Below, piece after piece: positions 58,153 to 64,000 of a stretch of 64,000 bases of DNA (position 1 is the first letter of the stretch; every line of letters begins with the position of its first letter). Below the pieces are notes generated by a model that worked only from the letters and a program-made list of their open reading frames with translations, was not told where the DNA came from and did no database searches. Source of the stretch: a virus. The DNA is taken from the IMG/VR virus record IMGVR_UViG_3300044977_000070, positions 1-64,000 of that record; one strand, 5' to 3'. The position numbers and the translations under genes are program-made.

Positions 58153-58491
58153 GTGCAAGTTATCCCTTTACTAGCCGTACCTTCGCAAACGCTCACGGTG
58201 ACATTGAATGGACAGGCATGCCAAATCAATGTCTATCAAAAGTTGTATGGACTATTTCTTGACTTGTATGTCTCCGGCCTGCCGCCGTTCCCAAGTCCTA
58301 TTCTTAGCGGCGTTCTTTGCGAGAATGTGAACAGACTTGTGAGGAACTCCTACTTCGGGTTCCTAGGCGATCTTGCTTTCTTGGACAATCAGGGAACGAG
58401 CGACCCCTTCTACACGGGCCTTGGAACGCGTTATAGTCTTATCTATTTGGAACCGGCTGACCTCCTAACGAACGTAAACTCCCTGGATTGA
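58153..58491 (+). CDS. baseplate-associated protein
   Basis: 112 aa with a GTG start abutting the upstream stop. Confidence 0.4.
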   Translation: MQVIPLLAVPSQTLTVTLNGQACQINVYQKLYGLFLDLYVSGLPPFPSPILSGVLCENVNRLVRNSYFGFLGDLAFLDNQGTSDPFYTGLGTRYSLIYLEPADLLTNVNSLD

Positions 58492-58492
58492 A

Positions 58493-59149
58493 ATGAGTGA
58501 CGTATCTGGATATGGGCAGCAACAGCCCACCGATATTGTAGACGACTACAATACCATTTCATTTATTATCAAACGGCACCTCGCGCGTCTTCGTACGGCG
58601 ACACCTGTCAAGGTTATCTCTTGTTCTAATAGCGGCGGCGTATCGCCGATCGGCACGGTTGTCGTGCAACCTCTCGTCAACATGTTGGATGGGCAAGGCA
58701 ACTCACAGACGCACGGGAATATCAATAATATCCCTTATGTTCGTCTCCAGGGCGGCAGCAACGGGGGTGTTATAAGCGACCCTGTTGCGGGAGACATGGG
58801 CCTGCTCCTCGTCAGCGACCGGGACATATCCGCCGTTCAATCCTCCCAGGCCGCAGCAAACCCCGGTTCCTATCGTCGCCATGACCTCGCGGACGGCATT
58901 TATATCGGCTGCATATTCGCCAAGGCGCCGTCAGTTTATATTCAGTTCGACGGGCAGGGAAATATCAATATCAATGCCGGGTCGAATAAGTTGAATATAA
59001 CGGCGGACACCGTCGTCGTTACAGGAAATATCACGGCGACGGGATCGATAACGGCGGGTCAGGGCGGTGGGGACAGCGTCGGTCTTCAAACGCACGTCCA
59101 CGTTGACCCGCAGGGCGGAAATACCGCCCCACCAACGGCAGGCACATGA
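58493..59149 (+). CDS. baseplate assembly protein V / central spike-like
   Basis: 218 aa. VVVQPLVNMLDGQGN ... GDMGLLLVSDRDIS ... QTHVHVDPQGGNTAPP follows the gpV/gp45 pattern. Confidence 0.6.
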   Translation: MSDVSGYGQQQPTDIVDDYNTISFIIKRHLARLRTATPVKVISCSNSGGVSPIGTVVVQPLVNMLDGQGNSQTHGNINNIPYVRLQGGSNGGVISDPVAGDMGLLLVSDRDISAVQSSQAAANPGSYRRHDLADGIYIGCIFAKAPSVYIQFDGQGNININAGSNKLNITADTVVVTGNITATGSITAGQGGGDSVGLQTHVHVDPQGGNTAPPTAGT

Positions 59150-59499
59150 ATACACTCTTGCTTGATCTACAAACGGGCGACTTGGTAGTTGACGCCAATG
59201 GCAATATTGCAATGGCGACTGATCCCTATTCCCTAGCGCAGGACGCCGCGTCTGCTATCAAGTTGTTTGCAGGCGAGTTGTATTACGATACGACGCAGGG
59301 CGTCCCATACCTTCCCGGGATTCTCGGAACCCTGCCGCCCGTGTCATTGTTGAAGAACGAGTTTGTGGACGCCGCCCTGACTGTTCCTGAAGTGGTGTCG
59401 GCTCAATGCTTCCTTTCCTCTATTACCCCTCAACGAATACTTAAAGGCCAGGTACAAATCAAATCAAGTTCCGGCGTGACAGCCACAACGCTGTTCTAG
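59146..59499 (+). CDS. baseplate wedge protein (gp25/W or DUF2634-like)
   Basis: 117 aa. DLQTGDLVVDANGNIA ... AQDAASAIKLFAGELYYDTTQGVPY. Confidence 0.45.
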   Translation: MNTLLLDLQTGDLVVDANGNIAMATDPYSLAQDAASAIKLFAGELYYDTTQGVPYLPGILGTLPPVSLLKNEFVDAALTVPEVVSAQCFLSSITPQRILKGQVQIKSSSGVTATTLF

Positions 59500-59510
59500 G
59501 AATTCTTTGA

Positions 59511-60956
59511 ATGACCAATGTCCCTACTATCACCTTAGGTCCAAATGGGCTTCAGTCCCCGCCTGAGTCGGCGATCCTCGCTGGCACTGAGGCCGATATC
59601 AACGCCGCGTTCGGCGGCGGTCTCAATATGCAGCAGACGACGCCGCAGGGACAACTCGCTGTCAGCGAGGCAGCGATTATCGGTAACGTCTATAGCCAAT
59701 TCATTGCCCTTGCAAATATGTTCGACCCCGCCTTTGCGCAGGGCAGGTTCCAGGACGCGTTGGCGCGCATTTACTTCCTGCAACGTCAGCCGGCGTTGCC
59801 GACTACTTTGACTATTCAATGCAACGGATTGCCGGGCGTCACGATCCCCGTTAACGCACAAGTACAGGATCAGGCGGGCAATACGTACGTCAATACGACG
59901 ACGGGAAGCATCTCGAATTCTGGTAACGTTGTCCTGACATTTGCCGCCCTTGTGGCAGGCCCTACCGCGGTTCCGTCCACCGTCACGATCTTCCAGGCAA
60001 TCCCAGGCTGGGATTCCGCAACCGTCCTCTCCGGCATCCTAGGGCAGAATGTCGAGACCCGTTCCGCCTTCGAAACCAGGCGGCAGGAAGCCGTCGCTGC
60101 AAATTCGGTAGGCCCTAATGCGGCGATACGTGGCGCTGTATTGCAACTTCCTGGGGTTATAGATTGCTATGTAACCGATAACTCGACTAATGGAACGGCG
60201 ACCATTGGCGGCGTCGTTCTTCCTCCAAACTCACTTTATGTCGCTGTCGCCCAGGGGACGGCGTCTAATTCCACTGTCGCCCAGGCGATATGGTCGAGGA
60301 AGATTCCCGGCACCTCGTATTATCCAGGCAACGTCACGACCACTGTTCTTGACCAAAGTTCGGGATATTCGCCGCCCTTTCCATCCTATCAAGTCACGTA
60401 TCAAATTCCAAACCCATTGCCTATATTTTTTAATATCACTTTTGTTGCCTCCACTCTCATACCGTCAAACGCGCAGGCTTTGGTCGCAGCAGCCCTAATC
60501 AATGCGTTCGCCGGAGGCGACGGCGGACCCGCCGCCAAGATAGGGAGTTTGTTGCTGGCGTCCCGCTATGCGGAACCAATAATAGCCTTGGGGACGTGGG
60601 CACAGATTCGGACGCTGTTTATCTCCTCGCCCAATACAGCAGGGGCAACTATCGTTGGTTCCATTAGTGGGACCACGTTGACGGTAACATCGGTATCGGC
60701 GGGCACCATTGCTGTCGGTGAGCTCGTTGCCGGCAGCGGGCTAGGTGGGACAGGAACGGTTCTGCCCGGCACCTCTATTCTATCGCAGTTGTCGGGTGCG
60801 GCGGGAGGCACCGGAACGTATGGCGTCAGCAACTCGCAGACTACTCTGTCCGGAACCCTGACTACTACATCCACCCTCAATTCAAGTCAAGTTCAGTGCA
60901 ATATCAATCAAATCCCGCAGTTGTTTGCGGCTAATGTGTTTGTAAGTACATCATGA
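59511..60956 (+). CDS. baseplate J-like protein with the inserted Gly/Thr-rich domain
   Basis: 481 aa. FAQGRFQDALARIYFLQRQPA...TIPVNAQVQDQAGNTY fits Baseplate_J. The insert is at nt 60642-60851. Confidence 0.65.
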   Translation: MTNVPTITLGPNGLQSPPESAILAGTEADINAAFGGGLNMQQTTPQGQLAVSEAAIIGNVYSQFIALANMFDPAFAQGRFQDALARIYFLQRQPALPTTLTIQCNGLPGVTIPVNAQVQDQAGNTYVNTTTGSISNSGNVVLTFAALVAGPTAVPSTVTIFQAIPGWDSATVLSGILGQNVETRSAFETRRQEAVAANSVGPNAAIRGAVLQLPGVIDCYVTDNSTNGTATIGGVVLPPNSLYVAVAQGTASNSTVAQAIWSRKIPGTSYYPGNVTTTVLDQSSGYSPPFPSYQVTYQIPNPLPIFFNITFVASTLIPSNAQALVAAALINAFAGGDGGPAAKIGSLLLASRYAEPIIALGTWAQIRTLFISSPNTAGATIVGSISGTTLTVTSVSAGTIAVGELVAGSGLGGTGTVLPGTSILSQLSGAAGGTGTYGVSNSQTTLSGTLTTTSTLNSSQVQCNINQIPQLFAANVFVSTS

Positions 60957-61612
60957 CCGGACCTCCATATCCTCCGATATTGCCCGGTAGCAATGCTATC
61001 GGGTCGTTTCAGATCGGCATTAGTCCGATCGGCGATATCCCTCTCTTTAGTTTTTGGGAAACGATCATATCGCAGTACGCGAACAGTCCTATCCTAACCG
61101 GCATAATTCAGGACTTCTTCCAGGCGATAGATCAGACCGCGGACATTGATAATTTTTTTGACCAGATAATGAATATTGATACGGCAATAGGATATGGCCT
61201 GGATTTGTGGGGACGCATTCTCGGGGTTACTCGTGTAGTTGAGGTCTCGTCTGGGATCACCTACTTCGGATTTGAGCAGCAAGAAGGCACGACGCAGGGA
61301 TGGGATCAAGCTCCTTTCTTTCTGGGCAGTACTCTTAATAATAATGTCACGCTATCCGACGATGCATTTCGAAAACTTCTATTCGCGAAGGCATTGGCGA
61401 ATATTACGAATGGTTCGATTCCTGCACTCAATCTTATCCTACGCACGTTGTTTACAGGTTATGGCGGCAACGCTTATGTGACGGATAATGGCAATATGTC
61501 CATGACCTATACATTTGCTTATACCCTTTCCCCTGTAGACGCCTCGATCGCCATATCATCCGGGGTTCTGCCGAGACCGGCGGGCGTTGCTCTTACCTTC
61601 GTTCAGTTATGA
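60953..61612 (+). CDS. baseplate wedge/tail-fibre-connector protein (DUF2612-like)
   Basis: 219 aa. ISQYANSPILTGIIQDFFQAID...IDTAIGYGLDLWGRILGV. Confidence 0.6.
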   Translation: MTGPPYPPILPGSNAIGSFQIGISPIGDIPLFSFWETIISQYANSPILTGIIQDFFQAIDQTADIDNFFDQIMNIDTAIGYGLDLWGRILGVTRVVEVSSGITYFGFEQQEGTTQGWDQAPFFLGSTLNNNVTLSDDAFRKLLFAKALANITNGSIPALNLILRTLFTGYGGNAYVTDNGNMSMTYTFAYTLSPVDASIAISSGVLPRPAGVALTFVQL

Positions 61613-61621
61613 GGCCATAAG

Positions 61622-62692
61622 ATGCTTGCGAGCGCTGTTCCTGTAAAATTTGGGGTGGTGTGGGCGGCCGACGCCGCGCCGCAATTTAACAACACGCCGA
61701 TTCCTGTTCCGTCTCAGCAGGGCATTACGCCGGGCAGGGCGTCATTTACAGACGGGTTTCCCCCCGTCACCTTCCTACCGACGACGGGGGGCGGGGTACC
61801 GCCGTTCGGCGACGACGCGAACGGCATTCTCAATATGATGTCCGCCTGGTGTCAGTGGCTCGCCGCCGGCGCTGCGCTTGTCCCTACTTATGACGCTGCG
61901 TTCGCGTCCGCCGTAGGCGGCTATGCGGGCGGCGCTATTGTGCAATCGGCGAGTGGGTTTGGGAGCTTCTGGGTTAGTGAGGTGGATAATAACACAACCA
62001 ACCCCGACACGGGCGGTGCGAATTGGGCGCCTTTTAATATATTTGGGACGGCAACAACCGGCGACGTTAAGGCGACTTTTAAGTCTGTCGCTGACGTTGG
62101 TTGGGTCATGATGAATGACGGGTCTATCGGCAGCGCGTCTTCTGGCGCAACAAGTTATGCCAATGCTAACGCCTCGGCATTGTTCACCCTGCTTTACAAT
62201 AATATTGTAGACACCTGGGCGCCTATTCAGACTAGCGGCGGGGCCGCTACTACGCGCGGCGCGCAGGGAACGGCAGCAACCGCGTTTGCTAATAACTGCC
62301 GCCTCGTCCTGCCGAAGGCTCTTGGGCGCGCAATGTCAAGCTCCGGGATACCGAGTACGGGCGGTGCCTCCAAGGCGCTTGGGCAATCTGAGGGCGAGCA
62401 GGCGCACACCCTGATCATTCCGGAAATGCCGTCGCATAATCACGCCGATGCGGGGCATGTGCACTCGGACGCCGGACATGTCCATGGATTCCCGGGTGGG
62501 GCGGCTGTGCCGACCTTTAATAGCGGCGCCTCCGTTGCTAGCGGCCCTGCGGGTGTCGTGGCAATTACCCAAACGGCATCCGGGAGTGCTAACATCCAAG
62601 CCGGGTTCGCTAATATCGAAAATAACGGTGGTAGTGGAGCTCATAATACTATTCAGCCGACCACCTACTTTAACTTTATGATTAAGCTTTGA
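61622..62692 (+). CDS. tail fibre protein with a C-terminal phage tail-collar domain
   Basis: 356 aa. GQSEGEQAHTLIIPEMPSHNH ... GSGAHNTIQPTTYFNFMIKL is the tail-collar (MdpB-like) signature. Confidence 0.75.
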   Translation: MLASAVPVKFGVVWAADAAPQFNNTPIPVPSQQGITPGRASFTDGFPPVTFLPTTGGGVPPFGDDANGILNMMSAWCQWLAAGAALVPTYDAAFASAVGGYAGGAIVQSASGFGSFWVSEVDNNTTNPDTGGANWAPFNIFGTATTGDVKATFKSVADVGWVMMNDGSIGSASSGATSYANANASALFTLLYNNIVDTWAPIQTSGGAATTRGAQGTAATAFANNCRLVLPKALGRAMSSSGIPSTGGASKALGQSEGEQAHTLIIPEMPSHNHADAGHVHSDAGHVHGFPGGAAVPTFNSGASVASGPAGVVAITQTASGSANIQAGFANIENNGGSGAHNTIQPTTYFNFMIKL

Positions 62693-62827
62693 GTTCCACG
62701 AAATCGCGGTGAGGGCATAGGTCGTTATCCACAATACCGACTCACACACTACTATGCTTTCGGGGGCGGGGTTCGTCCCAGTTCTTCCTTGTGGGGACCG
62801 CGAGGCTTCCTTTCAGGAGATAGGGCA

Positions 62828-64000
62828 ATGCAAGTAACAATGAGGCTCAGCAAAAGAAACCGCGCATTTCGCAAGTTTCTTTGCTACACCATTGCTAATT
62901 TCCAAGTCGTCGGAAACGTATATGCGCAGTCGAGCCCCGGTTTGTACTTCGGGCAGGTACCCACGGCCGCGCAGTGGAACTCCTACTTTGCGGCAAAGCA
63001 GGACTTTCCGTTCGTTCTCGGCCCCGGCATTCAACAAAATGTTCCGAATATCCAGACTTCGAACTACACGGCGCAAAGCAGCGATTGTGGAAAAATAATT
63101 GTCGCCAGCGGCGGTTATTTCACTATTACCCTCCCGTCTATCGCTGGAATTCAACCTAATTGCGTGGTCACGGTATATGACGGGGATTCTACGCGGGGCA
63201 AGGCCTTGTCTGGATTCCCCGCCGATTTGAATACCACGCTTTGGCCTCTCCAGAGTTTGCAAGTAGGCGTTCTTGCATCTAACTGGGTCACATTGTCCAA
63301 CCCGGGACGTTGGAAGTTCCCGAGCAATGAGACGATCTTTATCGATAACACGAATGGCAACGACGGGAATGACGGACTCGCATCCGGCGCTGGTGGGGCT
63401 ATTCAAACATTCGGGCGTCTCAATACGATAATCACCAATCAGTTTGATATGCAGGGACATACGCTCACAGCGTCCTTAGCGACAGGCACCTATACTAACT
63501 CTGTTGTGGATTATACGAACGTTGGCGGCGGCGTTGTTAATATCAATGGCAACGGGTCCACCTTGTCCGGGACTGCGACTAATTCGAATGCCTTGGACGT
63601 TTCTGTTGCGCCCGGCGTCGGCGCACTAGGCGTTTCTATATTTTCGGTACAGAGCGCGTCTATCATATGCAGCAATGGCGCCCACGGGTATTTTATTCGC
63701 AATGGTATAGGTCAGATAGGAACAGGGCTTTCTTTTGGCACGTGCGGGGGCGGATCGCAAATTTGGGTGGATAGTCCCTATTCCAAGATGCAACTTACTA
63801 ATAATTATACGATAACGGCAGGAGGCGGGTGGCATCTTACTTCCGCTGGCGGGTTCATTGATTATAACGACAGCACGAAAACCGTGTCTTTGACAGGCAC
63901 GCTGACATACACACAACAGTTCGCCGTTGCCGAGTTTAGTGGGGCCATAGTCTCATTTAACACTTGGTCAGGTTCAGCCATAGGTACGCGTTATTCTGCC
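62828..64000 (+). CDS. tail fibre / beta-helix-like protein, 3' end beyond the window (not in the supplied ORF track)
   Basis: The ATG at 62828 has a GGAGA ribosome-binding site. Hand translation is open for 391 codons to the window edge (MQVTMRLSKRN...IFIDNTNGNDGNDGLASGAGGAIQTF...). Confidence 0.6.
   Translation, partial: MQVTMRLSKRNRAFRKFLCYTIANFQVVGNVYAQSSPGLYFGQVPTAAQWNSYFAAKQDFPFVLGPGIQQNVPNIQTSNYTAQSSDCGKIIVASGGYFTITLPSIAGIQPNCVVTVYDGDSTRGKALSGFPADLNTTLWPLQSLQVGVLASNWVTLSNPGRWKFPSNETIFIDNTNGNDGNDGLASGAGGAIQTFGRLNTIITNQFDMQGHTLTASLATGTYTNSVVDYTNVGGGVVNINGNGSTLSGTATNSNALDVSVAPGVGALGVSIFSVQSASIICSNGAHGYFIRNGIGQIGTGLSFGTCGGGSQIWVDSPYSKMQLTNNYTITAGGGWHLTSAGGFIDYNDSTKTVSLTGTLTYTQQFAVAEFSGAIVSFNTWSGSAIGTRYSA

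Noticed and set aside
62813-63460. 215-aa minus-strand ORF listed in the track near the window end.
   Set aside because: It is embedded in a longer + strand ORF (62828 to the window end) that has a ribosome-binding site, matches the operon strand, and has fibre-like sequence.
1-64000. Looked for an integrase, att sites, repressor/lysogeny genes, a lysis cassette and replication genes to decide whether this is a prophage or a lytic phage.
   Set aside because: I recognised none in this window. The phage's lifestyle and host therefore cannot be inferred from this sequence alone.

Overview
This window looks like about 64 kb of the late (packaging, head, neck, tail) region of a contractile-tailed dsDNA phage or prophage. 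Almost every gene is on the + strand, and many are linked by ATGA, GTGA or TAATG start/stop overlaps.

Gene order:
- small early-like ORFs and an RfaH/NusG-like antiterminator
- putative small and large terminase
- a PNP_UDP_1-type nucleosidase
- portal, with a long charged C-terminal extension
- MuF-like head protein
- a Nudix + HExxH + DUF2213-like fusion
- repeat-rich scaffold-like protein, decoration-like protein and major capsid protein
- a 5-gene minus-strand cassette
- a DUF4054-like connector
- an accessory island of about 21 kb
- an HK97 gp10-like neck gene and more accessory genes
- tail terminator, sheath, tube, chaperone (with a -1 frameshift) and tape measure
- baseplate (V-like, W-like, J, DUF2612) and tail fibres. 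The last fibre ORF runs off the window end.

The accessory island carries sugar-tailoring enzymes:
- a split ThDP enzyme
- a DegT-family enzyme with His in place of Lys
- an SDR
- a B12-type radical SAM enzyme
- a methyltransferase
- a 2OG oxygenase
- an alpha/beta hydrolase

It also carries two to three glycosyltransferases, one fused to TPR repeats. Interleaved with these are Sec-signal beta-helix proteins and a Pro-rich repeat protein.

The most notable signals are:
- the sugar/glycosyltransferase island sitting inside the virion operon
- a Gly/Thr-rich domain of about 60 aa present in at least five different virion-region proteins
- a family of small secreted Tyr-rich peptides
- short peptide motifs conserved across genes despite synonymous codon divergence
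- a family of long hairpins built on TG(C/T)CGGCA arms

I found no rRNA, tRNA, CRISPR array, transposase or integrase. All family names rest on motif recognition by eye. No database search was run.
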